DNA from: Candidatus Desulfofervidus auxilii
Lineage (GTDB): Bacteria > Desulfobacterota > Desulfofervidia > Desulfofervidales > Desulfofervidaceae
Reading direction: 5' to 3'
Assembly: GCF_001577525.1 (NCBI RefSeq)
Contig: NZ_CP013015.1
Span: 1,753,751-1,817,750 of the forward strand
Length of the DNA stretch: 64,000 bases
The position numbers and the translations under genes are program-made. Below are positions 19,302 to 29,057 of the stretch, piece after piece. Every line of letters begins with the position of its first letter. The stretch's first letter is position 1. The notes beneath the pieces were generated by a model. That model had not been told where the DNA came from and searched no databases. It saw nothing but the letters and a program-made list of their open reading frames with translations.

Positions 19302-20828
19302 TTAGCCCTCAATTTTTATTTTCAATTTGTCGCCTGGCCGGATTAAAGATGAAGAAAGTTTGTTTAAAGAAATAATCTCTCTAATGGTGGTTTTAAATTT
19401 TCTAGCAATATCCCAAAGCGTATCTCCTTTTTTTACTTCATAAATAATGATTTTTTGGGGAAGAGGAATAAGGAGTTGATCTCCAGGATAAATACAGCCT
19501 TTAATCTTGTTTGATTTCTTTAATTTCCTTACCGAAGTCCCGAAAAGGCGGGCAATATCCCAGAGGGTATCTCCTGACTTCACGGTATAAATTATCTTGT
19601 AATGGCCTGTTTTATCTCTTTGAGTATAAATACTAGTTTGGGGTTCACCATAGGGAATAAGGAGCTTTTGCCTAGGTCGAAGGATATAAGGAGGAGATAT
19701 ACCATTAAGTCTAGCAATGAAATCAACACTTTTTCGATTTTTTCTGGCTATCTCCCAAAGTGTATCCCCAGGTTTTACTTTATAATATCGAAAATGTTTA
19801 AAAACCTGAGTTGTTTCTGCTTGTGCCCCTAGAGAGGCCAAGACAATTTCTTTTTTCTCTTTGGGTATGTGTAAAAAATAAGGATAAGGTGGGGTAAAGG
19901 GACGCCTTAAGGCAGGGTTAAGTCTTTTTAGTTTTTTTAATGGAATCATAGTCTCTTTACTTAAGAGGGTAAGGTCTGTAAGGCCATAAGTATGCACCTT
20001 ATCGCAATCCCAGGGGTCTTTGGGTTTAATCTCAAAGCCATATGCCTTTGGATTTTTAGCAATGGTAATGGTAGCTATCCATTTAGGAACATATTGCTTG
20101 GTTTCTAATTTTAACTCTTTGGCCTTTTTGATAAGAGTCCAATAATCACTTACTTTGTATCTCTTTATCAATTTTTGAATAGTCCCATTTCCTGCATTAT
20201 AAGCAGCCGCGGTAAGATACCAATCTTTAAACTGACTATAGAGGTCTTTTAAATAACGGGCAGCTGCCTTAGTAGCCAATTCTGGGTCTTTTCTTTCATC
20301 TACCCAGTAATCTATCTTAAGACCGTAGTGAGTAGCTGTGCTGGCAATAAATTGCCATGGTCCACAGGCATGAGCATAAGAATAAGCATGATTATCAAAG
20401 CCACTTTCCACAAACGCTAAATAAAATACCTCCTTAGGTAGTCCTGCCTTTAATAAGATTTTTTCCATAAGGGGTTTATACTCTTGGGCACGAGTTAATA
20501 CCTGGTGAAACCACCTCCGACCATTAGGATTTTTAGTATAATAATTGATAAAGGTCTGAACTCTATCATTGATAACAATAGGTATGGTGGCAACCTTTTT
20601 CTTTGGAGAAATTTTTTTGGTTATTAGTGGTGTTTTTTTAATAGGCGTTTTTTCCGCAACTAAGGGTTTTTTGCCTTCCTTTTTGGGAATAGGCGAAGTA
20701 GCCTTTTCAGAAATATTTAAAGCGGATTTTTTTTCACAAACAGGGGTTTGTGGTAAAGAAGGTGGTTTAGAAGGAACACATCCAGCTAATAAAACACAAG
20801 ATATAAAAAAATTAAGAATCCTTTTCAC
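19302..20828 (-). CDS. Membrane-bound lytic murein transglycosylase (SLT domain) with three C-terminal LysM repeats
   Basis: Lipoprotein-like N-terminus and an SLT core (ESGFDNHAYSYAHACGPWQF). Three LysM repeats (YKVKPGDTLWEIARK.., YTVKSGDTLWDIARLF.., YEVKKGDTLWDIARKF..). Confidence 0.8.
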   Translation of the reverse strand: MKRILNFFISCVLLAGCVPSKPPSLPQTPVCEKKSALNISEKATSPIPKKEGKKPLVAEKTPIKKTPLITKKISPKKKVATIPIVINDRVQTFINYYTKNPNGRRWFHQVLTRAQEYKPLMEKILLKAGLPKEVFYLAFVESGFDNHAYSYAHACGPWQFIASTATHYGLKIDYWVDERKDPELATKAAARYLKDLYSQFKDWYLTAAAYNAGNGTIQKLIKRYKVSDYWTLIKKAKELKLETKQYVPKWIATITIAKNPKAYGFEIKPKDPWDCDKVHTYGLTDLTLLSKETMIPLKKLKRLNPALRRPFTPPYPYFLHIPKEKKEIVLASLGAQAETTQVFKHFRYYKVKPGDTLWEIARKNRKSVDFIARLNGISPPYILRPRQKLLIPYGEPQTSIYTQRDKTGHYKIIYTVKSGDTLWDIARLFGTSVRKLKKSNKIKGCIYPGDQLLIPLPQKIIIYEVKKGDTLWDIARKFKTTIREIISLNKLSSSLIRPGDKLKIKIEG

Positions 20829-20972
20829 TTTGACCCAAATTTAGTTTTATTTTATATAAAGGGTTTTAATACCTTAAAAGATTTTTTTTGACAAGGGTTT
20901 TAAATTTTGAATATAGGGATACGGCAAAGTAGTTTAATTAGAACAGATAAAGAGGTAATTTTTGTAGCACAA

Positions 20973-20992
20973 CCTGTCTGCCGACAGGCAGG
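20973..20992. repeat. REP-like palindromic element (copy 2, reverse-complement orientation)
   Basis: CCTGTCTGCCGACAGGCAGG is the exact reverse complement of the copy at 789-808. Confidence 0.85.
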
Positions 20993-21058
20993 AAGGTTTT
21001 TTAAATAAAAAAGATAATTAAAAGATTAAAAAAGCAAAATTAAACACTATTTCAGCAT

Positions 21059-21101
21059 ACCTGCCTGTCCCCACCTGCCGGTCGGGCAGGGGCAGACAGG
21101 C
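21059..21101. repeat. REP-like composite, nested palindrome (copy 3)
   Basis: ACCTGCCTGTCCCCACCTGCCGGTCGGGCAGGGGCAGACAGGC contains two nested palindromes of the same family. Confidence 0.8.
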
Positions 21102-21408
21102 TACTCCTGTAGCATTAAGTAGAAAGAATTTTGAATAATTAATTTAGATGTCTGCCCCTTTTTCTTCTACTAAAAATTTGGCATTCTCCCTTTGACAATG
21201 CATCGCATCAGCAGTTACAACCGCCCCATTAATCTCTATATCTTTAAGTAATGGCTTAAATGCCTTAATCTCATTTGTACCTTCTCTTATCTCATTTTGT
21301 TTTATAATTATTCCTTCTTTATGCACAATCGCTGAGAGTAATTTAAGTCCTCCTGGATTGCTCCCCATTTTTTGGACATGTAAAATGTTAGGATTAAGGG
21401 GAGCGGCT

Positions 21409-21678
21409 ATGAAGAAAAATAGATTTAGTATTGACCAAATCATTCGTATCTTGGCTGAAGCTGAAACTCCAGGTAACTCTGTGGCGTTTGTCGCTAGAAA
21501 ATATGGAATAGTAGAACAAACTATCTATCGCTGGAGACAAAAATACAAGGGTTTTTCTGCTTCTGAAGCCAAACGACTCAAAGCTCTTGAGGAAGAAAAT
21601 GCAAGACTTAAAAGACTTTTAGCTGAAAAAGAATTAGAAATACAAACACTAACAGAACTTATTAAAAAAAACTTCTAA
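21409..21678 (+). CDS. IS3-family transposase OrfA (HTH)
   Basis: MKKNRFSIDQIIRILAEAETPGNSVAFVARKYGIVEQTIYRWRQKY plus a leucine-zipper-like tail. Ends at an A8 run. Confidence 0.8.
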   Translation: MKKNRFSIDQIIRILAEAETPGNSVAFVARKYGIVEQTIYRWRQKYKGFSASEAKRLKALEEENARLKRLLAEKELEIQTLTELIKKNF

Positions 21679-21694
21679 CCTAGAGGAAAAACAC

Positions 21695-22525
21695 ATGTTA
21701 GCTAAAAGAATACATAGCATAAGTAAACAGATTTCTCCTAAAGGTATTTCTTTAAGTGTGATACTTAAGAGATTAGAGATTTCTCGTTCAACCTTTTATT
21801 ATAAAACAACTAAATTTTCTAAAGATAAGATTTTACGGGAAAGGATAAGGCAATTAGCCATGATTTATAAAACTTATGGTTACAAAAAAATTACTGTGCT
21901 TCTTAAGAAAGAGGGTTTTAATGTAAATCACAAAAAGGTTTATCGGATTTGGAAAGAAGAGGGATTTAATAGATATGGTTTCTTTAAGAGCAAGAGGCGG
22001 CATAAGACAAGGCAAAAAGAATTCAATCCTGCTCCTGCTACCTATGCCGGAGAAATTTTGGCAATGGATTTTATCCATGACAGTCTCGAAAATGGAAGGG
22101 CTTTTAGAGTGTTCAATGTAATAGATGTTTATTCCAGGAGGGCATTTGAGCCTGTGGTTGGCTTTAGTATTAGTGGTAAAGTTGTATCTGAGCATCTTGA
22201 AGAACTTTTTAGACTATACGGGCCTCCCAAAATGATAAGACGTGACGATGGGCCTGAATTTAAATCAAAACATTTCAAGGCACTTATACATAGATGGAAT
22301 ATAGAAGAGGAAGTGATACCACCTGGACAGCCATTTAATAATGGTCATATGGAAAGCTTTCACAAGCTTTTGCGCCTTGAATGCTTGAATAGAGAGATAT
22401 TTAGTGATATTTTTGAGGCAAGGGAAAAGATAAACAACTGGATAGAGGATTACAACACTTGCAGATTACACAGTGCACTTGGATACAAAACACCAAAGGA
22501 AATATGGGAAAAAGGCAGAGAATAA
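21695..22525 (+). CDS. IS3-family transposase OrfB (rve/DDE integrase core)
   Basis: HTH_21-like N-terminus and a DDE core (..AMDFIHD.., ..NVIDVYSRR.., ..HSALGYKTPKE). Its reading frame is +1 relative to orfA. Confidence 0.8.
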   Translation: MLAKRIHSISKQISPKGISLSVILKRLEISRSTFYYKTTKFSKDKILRERIRQLAMIYKTYGYKKITVLLKKEGFNVNHKKVYRIWKEEGFNRYGFFKSKRRHKTRQKEFNPAPATYAGEILAMDFIHDSLENGRAFRVFNVIDVYSRRAFEPVVGFSISGKVVSEHLEELFRLYGPPKMIRRDDGPEFKSKHFKALIHRWNIEEEVIPPGQPFNNGHMESFHKLLRLECLNREIFSDIFEAREKINNWIEDYNTCRLHSALGYKTPKEIWEKGRE

Positions 22526-23454
22526 AAGATTCTTTAACCCTAACATTGGTGATGTCCAAGTTAGGGGGTCGTTATAACGACCCCCTAACACTAACAGTGT
22601 CCAAAATTTGGGGGCATCCCACTCCCACCACGCAATACCTTACCATCTACCGCTAAACCTTTGCCTTTAAAACATTTTTGGCTTATTAACCAATTGCTAA
22701 TCCCTCTATCAAATTCATCTGCATCAATACTGTGTATTGTCCTCCTTATAGTAGGTTCACTTGGTGGCTCATCTCTTCTAGCACCAAATCTCTTTAATAT
22801 CTCCTTTGGTAAACCCTTTGTCCATTGCCCAATTGCTAAAAAACTCCTTGCCCCACACAGCACAAACACTAATCCCTAAAACCACATCCAAAGGATGTCT
22901 TATACCCCTGGTTCCTTGGCTCTGTTATCTTGCCTATTTCAGAAATAAGGGACTCTATAGGAAAATCCCTTAAAGCCTCCATAAAATCCCTCCTGTATAA
23001 AAGATTGAAATCATATGGCAAAATCTCTGCCTTTAAAAGAGCTTTTGCATCCTTAAAGAGTGGATAAACAAATACCCCTTTGGAATGGTTATTTGGATAA
23101 TAATGCCTGTTACGTTACCCCAAAAGTGCTACCCATCTATCCCTTAAAGTAGTAATATAATGAATATTTTTCCCTGGCATCCGTTTATAACCAAGATAGT
23201 GATATTTATTCATCAATTCCTTCCATAGAGAAAACTCTTCCTTTCTAATAGGCCTTATTTTTACTTCACGCAAAATATTCTTTTCATCTATTAATTTACT
23301 TATAACACAAAAGGGAGGAAAAAGCCGGAGGGTTTTAATATCTGTTAAAAAAACAAATTATTTCGTGACTTTGACGTAGTCCTGCCTTCAAGGTGGCTTT
23401 CACCAATCTTGATGGCACTTCACAATCTGCTTTTTAAAAAGTAGAGTTGGGTAA

Positions 23455-23675
23455 AGGGGAAAAGTTTTTTCTTTAATTATTAAGCTTAAAAATATTAAAA
23501 TTAAAGAGGAAGGCAAAAAAGAAGTTTTTCTTTGACCGCAACCCTTAAAAAATGATTTTTTATAATATGCGTAAGGTCAGTTACTATATTTGGGGGGTTC
23601 TTTTAAAGTTATTACGAATTTGAGGAGCTCACCTTACCTTTCTTTTTAGAAAGCTTTTAAAAATTCTGGGAAAAA
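23455..23675 (-). repeat. Composite intergenic repeat R2, copy B (inverted relative to copy C; carries a different core)
   Basis: The reverse complement of 23596-23675 matches 35001-35096. The reverse complement of 23455-23530 matches 35160-35245. The central ~60 bp differ. Confidence 0.8.
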
Positions 23676-23750
23676 TCTTATTAAAACACTACTTGACACA
23701 AGGTATTTCTATGATACAAGTAAATTTCAAACGCAAAGGAGGAGAAGGTA

Positions 23751-24035
23751 GTGGCATATCACAAGTCGGCAATTAAACGCATTAGACAAACAGAAAAAAG
23801 GACCAAGCGCAATCGTTTTTATAAAACTAGGGTAAAGAATGTGATTAAAGAAGTGCGTCTGGCTATCACTTCAAAAGCAGTGGAGGAAGCAGAAAAGGCC
23901 TTACAAAAGGCCATTCCTATAATTTCTAAAGCTGCTTCTAAAGGAGTATTACATAAGCGAAATGCAGCGAGAAAAATTTCTCGGCTGACAAAACAGGTTA
24001 ATCTTTTAAAACAAGGCTATCAAAATACACAATAA
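23751..24035 (+). CDS. rpsT: 30S ribosomal protein S20
   Basis: MAYHKSAIKRIRQTEKRTKRNRFYKTRVKNVIK is the typical bS20 N-terminus. An AAAGGAGG RBS is present. Confidence 0.9.
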   Translation: MAYHKSAIKRIRQTEKRTKRNRFYKTRVKNVIKEVRLAITSKAVEEAEKALQKAIPIISKAASKGVLHKRNAARKISRLTKQVNLLKQGYQNTQ

Positions 24036-24713
24036 AAAAATCTCTAAGATTTCTTAGATATCACTTTTTCACCTATTACAAAATGGATATAAATGCTAAT
24101 AGAATCAATTGGATAGCCAATATTTTTAAAATCCTGGGCAGTAAAGTTTACATTTTGAGGTTGTTTTTATCCCTATATTATTGCAATTTATTTATACTTG
24201 CTTTATGCAGGTGAAAACGAAATCTATCTTTTCCTTTCTGGCATTTCATTGGCCATAGCCATAATCATTCGTCAGACGGCTACTCCTTTGCTTATACATT
24301 TTCTGCTCTTTATTTTTCTCCAGAGCAAGAAAATACTCAGGGATAGCCTTATCTTTCTTACGGGAACATTTCTACCTTTATTTGCAATTTTACTTTATGG
24401 CTGCCTTGATATAGGCATACATCCTTTTTTATCAAATAGGAGGATACAGATTAACTACTGCCTCTATATTTCTAGGGCCCTGGTGGTGGCATTTTTTTCT
24501 GATCTTGGCTGCCTTTTTCAGTTTACCCTCTTCAAATCTCTCTTATCAGACAAGTCTTTAAGACCATCCCTAAATATTATTTACCTGTAAGGTCTATTCC
24601 ATTTGATAATACTCACATCATTATTTGGAAGAAAAAGGATTAAACATTGACTTGAATTTCGTTATAAATTGTATTACTCAAGTTTTCTACAGAGGGATAC
24701 CCCTTTTTATTTT

Positions 24714-24893
24714 TTATTCACTTTTTTCATCTTCTAATTCACAAACCCATTTTTCTTTAAGTTCCTCAATTTGGTCTTTATAATTATCTATTGACTGTTC
24801 TAGCCCGCAATCACGGCAGACTACTTTGGCATTGGCTCAACGCCCTTTTATCTCAGCTTTACCCCCACAAATGAGACAGCGCAGTGTTTCCAT
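24714..24893 (-). CDS. Candidate small zinc-ribbon protein (59 codons) with an in-frame TGA after codon 18
   Basis: The reverse complement reads M E T L R C L I C G G K A E I K G R [TGA] A N A K V V C R D C G L E Q S I D N Y K D Q I E E L K E K W V C E L E D E K S E. The two CxxC pairs are split by the TGA at 24837-24839. Confidence 0.3.
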
Positions 24894-24897
24894 GATT

Positions 24898-26565
24898 TTA
24901 TATCTTAAATACTGCCCCTTGACTAGCTGAGGTAACTAAAGAGGCATATCTTACTGCATATCCTTCAGTGATTTTAGGGGCTAAGGGCTGCCAAGCCTTT
25001 TTTCTTCTGACCAACTCTTGTTCTGTAACTTTCAAATCTAGTCTCCTTTCAGGAATATTGATTTCAATTAAATCCCCTTCTTCTACTAAGGCAATAGGTC
25101 CTCCAGCGGCTGCTTCTGGAGAGACATGGCCAATAGCTGCTCCTCTAGTGCCTCCACTAAACCTACCATCAGTAATAAGAGCTACCTCTTTATCTAAACC
25201 CATACCCACAATGGCCGAAGTAGGGGTAAGCATTTCCCGCATACCTGGCCCACCCTTTGGTCCCTCATAGCGGATTACTACTACATCCCCTGGCTCAATT
25301 TTCCCTTCTAGAATAGCCTCTGTGGCAGATTCTTCATCATTGAAGTTCTTTGCCCTTCCTGTAAACACTTTCATTTCTTTCATCACTGCAGATTGTTTTA
25401 TCACCGCTCCTTCAGGCGCGAGGTTCCCATACAAAATAGCTAGGCCCCCTTCTGGTTCATAAGGATTATCTATGGGACGGATTACAGAGGTATCTTTATT
25501 TTGTGCTTGAGCAATATTTTCGCCTAATGTCTTACCCGTAACAGTTAACACTTCTAAATGTAAAAGATTAATCTTAGCCAACTCTTTCATTACTGCTGGA
25601 ATACCACCGGCTCTATCTAAATCTTCTAGAAAATGTGGACCTCCAGGACGCAAGTTACAAATATGAGGCACCTTATGGCTCATTTCATCAAATATACTCA
25701 AAGAAAGAGGGACTTTGGCTTCGTGAGCAATGGCCATCAGGTGTAAAACTGTATTGGTTGAACATCCCAGAGCCATATCCACACAAATAGCATTTTTAAA
25801 GGCCTTTGAAGTAGCTATATCTCTGGGTTTAATTTCTGCCTCTACTAATTTCACAATCTGTCTGCCTGCTTCCTTTGCTAACCTTATTCTTCCTGCCATT
25901 ACTGCTGGTATGGTGCCATTGCCAGGAAGGGACAAACCAATGGCTTCACTTAAGCAATTCATAGAGTTAGCCGTAAACATCCCTGCACATGAACCACATC
26001 CAGGACAGGCTACATTTTCTAATTCGGCCAACTCGGCTGGGCTCATTTTTCCTGCCTTTACTGCGCCTACTCCCTCAAAAACAGAAATCAAATCTACCCT
26101 ATTACCTCTCCAAATACCAGATAACATAGGGCCACCACTGACAATGATGCTGGGGATGTTTAACCTTAAGGCCGCCATTAACATCCCTGGAATGATTTTG
26201 TCACAGTTAGTAACTAAAACTAAACCATCAAAGGGTTGTCCCATAGCCATGACTTCAATAGAATCAGCAATGATTTCTCTGCTCATTAGACTATATTTCA
26301 TCCCTTCATGGTGCATGGCTGTTCCATCACACATACCAATTACCCCAAACTCCATGGGGGTCCCTCCGGCCATCCTTACCCCTGCTTTGACTGCTTGAGT
26401 GATTTTATCCAGATGAATATGGCCAGGAATTAGTTCATTGCCTGCATTCACTACCCCAATCAATGGCCGTTTTAATTCTTCATCAATGTAACCCATGGCC
26501 TTAAACAAAGACCGATGAGGGGCCTTAGCCAAACCTTCCACCATCCGCCGACTGCGCAATTTCAT
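24898..26565 (-). CDS. ilvD: Dihydroxy-acid dehydratase
   Basis: SLFKAMGY at the N-terminus, the [12 protein letters not shown] and Fe-S Cys ligands, and a C-terminal GGPIALV..GD. The start was set at [11 protein letters not shown]. Confidence 0.9.
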   Translation of the reverse strand: MKLRSRRMVEGLAKAPHRSLFKAMGYIDEELKRPLIGVVNAGNELIPGHIHLDKITQAVKAGVRMAGGTPMEFGVIGMCDGTAMHHEGMKYSLMSREIIADSIEVMAMGQPFDGLVLVTNCDKIIPGMLMAALRLNIPSIIVSGGPMLSGIWRGNRVDLISVFEGVGAVKAGKMSPAELAELENVACPGCGSCAGMFTANSMNCLSEAIGLSLPGNGTIPAVMAGRIRLAKEAGRQIVKLVEAEIKPRDIATSKAFKNAICVDMALGCSTNTVLHLMAIAHEAKVPLSLSIFDEMSHKVPHICNLRPGGPHFLEDLDRAGGIPAVMKELAKINLLHLEVLTVTGKTLGENIAQAQNKDTSVIRPIDNPYEPEGGLAILYGNLAPEGAVIKQSAVMKEMKVFTGRAKNFNDEESATEAILEGKIEPGDVVVIRYEGPKGGPGMREMLTPTSAIVGMGLDKEVALITDGRFSGGTRGAAIGHVSPEAAAGGPIALVEEGDLIEINIPERRLDLKVTEQELVRRKKAWQPLAPKITEGYAVRYASLVTSASQGAVFKI

Positions 26566-26646
26566 GTTTTGCCTCCGAGTGAAAATTTTTGACAAAGTTT
26601 AAAAAGATTTATAAGAAATATCAAGTTTAGTATTAAATAAAATTAG

Positions 26647-27216
26647 ATGCTACATTACTCAAACGTCTTAAGGATAATTGACCTCAAATTAACTATATTA
26701 TGTGGTATGCTCTTTTGCTTTGGTCTGCTTGTTTCTCCTTGGGTGTTTAAAAAGCAGCTAAAAATATTTCTTTTCTTCCCTTTATGGATCTGGAGATTGG
26801 GAAAGAGATATTTAAGTCCCCATGACCCTTTTTTAAAAATTTTCCTCTTTATATTTTTCTTTAATTCCCTTTCATTATTTGCCAACCTAATCTCAGGATT
26901 TTTGTTAGGATTCCCAATTATATTTGCTATTCTCCTTGGGATAAATGTAGGTATAATTATCCTGACAGAGACAGGAAGATTGGACTATATAGCAATTTTT
27001 TTAAATCCTGTTTCTCTGTTTGAACTACCTGCTGCCTGGATTAGCCTTTCTATGGGTATAAAAATCAGTATATCCCTTTATCCTAATTTTTTGTTTTGGT
27101 CCTCACTCCAAATGTTTTATAAGGGACTTTATGTATATTTCCTTGTAATAATACCCCTTTTGATCATTTCTGGCCTTATAGAAACAAGTTTAATAAAGGC
27201 ATTCACCAAAAATTAA
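26647..27216 (+). CDS. Hypothetical polytopic membrane protein (possibly a DUF95/SpoIIM-like fold)
   Basis: 4-5 predicted TM segments and no clear motif. Confidence 0.35.
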   Translation: MLHYSNVLRIIDLKLTILCGMLFCFGLLVSPWVFKKQLKIFLFFPLWIWRLGKRYLSPHDPFLKIFLFIFFFNSLSLFANLISGFLLGFPIIFAILLGINVGIIILTETGRLDYIAIFLNPVSLFELPAAWISLSMGIKISISLYPNFLFWSSLQMFYKGLYVYFLVIIPLLIISGLIETSLIKAFTKN

Positions 27217-27339
27217 ACAAAATTTGTCACTAAATAAACAAAAATTGCTACCTAAATATTGTTTTTTTCCTAATACAGTAATAAAATAAACAAGGCACAA
27301 AATTTGCTTTAAATAAATTATAAATTAGAAACAATAATT

Positions 27340-28809
27340 ATGAAAAACGAGAATAAGACCAAAAAACAACTCATAAATGAGTTGGAAAAAAAACGGCAAA
27401 AGATTGCTGAATTGGAAGCAACACTGGAAAAATATCGTTCTGTAGTGGAGTCTAGTGAAGACCATATATATTTAGTAGATAGAAATTGTAACTATTTATT
27501 CATGAATTCAAAACACCTATCCAGGCTTGGTTTAAAAAATGAGCAATTCATAGGTAAACCATACGGTGCATTTCATACACCTCAAGAAACAGAAGATTTT
27601 ACCAAAAAGGTTCACCAAGTCTTAGAAACTGGGAAATCACTATCTTACGAATATAAAAGTATAAGAGATGGCAAATATTACATCCGCACTTTAAGCCCTA
27701 TAAAAGACCCTAGGAGCGGCCAAATAACGGCTATCGGTGTAATTTCAAAAAATATTACTCACTATAGGAAAGCACAAGAAAGAATTAAGTATCTTAGTTT
27801 CCACGACGTCTTAACTGGTGTATACAATCGGGCCTATTTTGAAGAAGAGCTAAAACGGCTCAATACTCCGCGGAAATACCCTATAGGTGTTATTATGGTA
27901 GATATTGATAACCTCAAGTTTGTCAATGACAACTTCGGCCATGCCAAAGGAGATGAACTTTTAAAGCGTTTAGCAAACATCCTCTCTTCTATATTTCGCA
28001 AGGAAGATGTGGTAGCTCGCATAGGAGGTGATGAGTTTGTTATCATTTTGCCAAACGTTAATGAAGACACTGTTCGGTCTCTTTGTAAACGGGTTAATGA
28101 TGCCTGTGAGGGGAGTAATCAAAAATCTGAATTAAAGCTGAGCGTTTCTTTAGGGTATGCTGTCCAATATGGCCAATATAAAAATATGGAAGAGGTGTTA
28201 AAAAAAGCAGACCAACATATGTATAGAAATAAACTACTTGGCGAGACAGTTGCACAAAAACACTTAATTGATTCCTTTAAGCTTATGTTAGCTAGACGGG
28301 ATTTATATACCCTAAAACATTATGAACAAAAGCAATTTTTTGCTACCTCCCTGAGCAAAGAAATAGGCCTTCCATCAGATAAAATAAAAGAAGTGAGACT
28401 GTTGGCTACTTTACATGATATTGGTAAAATTGGTATAGCCGATTTAATATTGCACAAACCAGGAAAGTTATCTCCTGAAGAATGGGAGATTATGAAGACC
28501 CACTGTGAAATAGGCTATTCTCTGGCGAAGGCTATCCCAGAATTAAATCCTATTGCCGAAGATATTCTTTATCACCATGAGCGATGGGATGGGAAAGGAT
28601 ACCCTAAAGGGTTAAAAGGAGAAGAAATCCCACTATTGGCCAGGATAGTAACCATTGTAGATGCCTATAGTGCCATGCTGTGTGATCGTCCTTACAGAAA
28701 GGCTATGTCAAAACAGGAGGCTTTGGAAGAGATTAAAAAGGGTGCAGGCGGTCAATTTGACCCACGATTGGTAGAGTTATTTTTGAAAATAGTAGGAGAA
28801 AATAGTTAA
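27340..28809 (+). CDS. PAS-GGDEF-HD-GYP protein with c-di-GMP synthesis and hydrolysis domains
   Basis: A coiled-coil/PAS N-terminus and a GGDEF active site RIGGDEFVII. HD-GYP motifs LHDIGKIGI and HHERWDGKGYPKGL. Confidence 0.85.
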   Translation: MKNENKTKKQLINELEKKRQKIAELEATLEKYRSVVESSEDHIYLVDRNCNYLFMNSKHLSRLGLKNEQFIGKPYGAFHTPQETEDFTKKVHQVLETGKSLSYEYKSIRDGKYYIRTLSPIKDPRSGQITAIGVISKNITHYRKAQERIKYLSFHDVLTGVYNRAYFEEELKRLNTPRKYPIGVIMVDIDNLKFVNDNFGHAKGDELLKRLANILSSIFRKEDVVARIGGDEFVIILPNVNEDTVRSLCKRVNDACEGSNQKSELKLSVSLGYAVQYGQYKNMEEVLKKADQHMYRNKLLGETVAQKHLIDSFKLMLARRDLYTLKHYEQKQFFATSLSKEIGLPSDKIKEVRLLATLHDIGKIGIADLILHKPGKLSPEEWEIMKTHCEIGYSLAKAIPELNPIAEDILYHHERWDGKGYPKGLKGEEIPLLARIVTIVDAYSAMLCDRPYRKAMSKQEALEEIKKGAGGQFDPRLVELFLKIVGENS

Positions 28810-28861
28810 CAGGTATCCTTTTTAAAGGAGATTTCGGGGTTGTGACTTATAAAAGCAAAAT

Positions 28862-28949
28862 TGGTGCCGGAGGTGGGATTTGAACCCACACGGGCATAAA
28901 GCCCAGGGGATTTTGAGTCCCCCGTGTCTTCCATTCCACCACTCCGGCG
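28862..28949 (-). tRNA. tRNA-Leu (anticodon CAA), encoded CCA, long variable arm
   Basis: Reverse complement reads GCCGGAGTGGTGGAATGGAAGACACGGGGGACTCAAAATCCCCTGGGCTTTATGCCCGTGTGGGTTCAAATCCCACCTCCGGCACCA. Confidence 0.85.
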
Positions 28950-29057
28950 GCAACTAAATTATAAAAAATCTCTTATGTATTGTCAAATAAGGGTGGTAGC
29001 GTTGATTTTCGGCAATAAACATGCTATTTTTTAAAAATTATTTTTTAGGGTAATCTG

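Larger units (their letters stand above)
21368..22608 (+). mobile_element. IS3-family insertion sequence (~1.24 kb) with imperfect terminal inverted repeats
   Basis: Left end TTTTGGACATGTAAAATGTTAGG (21368-) against the reverse complement of the right end, TTTTGGACACTGTTAGTGTTAGGGGG (-22608). It encloses an orfA/orfB pair. Confidence 0.75.
21144..22982 (-). pseudogene. ISAs1-family transposase pseudogene: frameshifted, 3'-truncated, and interrupted by an IS3-family insertion
   Basis: N-terminus MEALRDFPIESLISEIGKITEPRNQGYK.. from the ATG at 22982, then a stop. It continues in another frame as MFVLCGARSFLAIGQW...GLAVDGKVLRGGSG (ISAs1 N-terminal domain) up to the IS3 right end near 22608. It resumes below the IS3 left end as ..LKLLSAIVHKEG...AVVTADAMHCQ (ISAs1 DDE region) and stops at 21144, ~110 codons short. 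Confidence 0.65.

Noticed and set aside
21144-21443. Treating ORFs 21144-21443 and 22591-22869 (minus strand) as two independent genes
   Set aside because: Both are fragments of one ISAs1-family transposase gene split by the IS3 insertion. Their terminal residues (MIWSILNLFFF.., ..MPPNFGHC) are read-through into IS3 inverted-repeat sequence.
23694-23750. Sigma-70 promoter call upstream of rpsT (TTGACA at 23694)
   Set aside because: A TTGACA hexamer is present, but no -10 element sits at a 16-18 nt spacing. It was not reported as a feature.
24198-24590. 130-aa hydrophobic ORF between rpsT and ilvD
   Set aside because: It has no RBS, and its low-complexity L/F/I-rich translation is typical of AT-rich intergenic DNA. 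It is probably spurious.
24837-24839. SECIS element downstream of the in-frame TGA
   Set aside because: Only a weak 3-bp stem (CCG...CGG) can be drawn. I could not draw a hairpin with the usual bacterial SECIS stem-loop geometry, so selenoprotein status is not claimed.
25730-26398. Plus-strand 222-aa ORF inside ilvD
   Set aside because: It is antisense to a strongly supported gene, and its A/P/S-rich translation reflects the complement of the ilvD codon bias.
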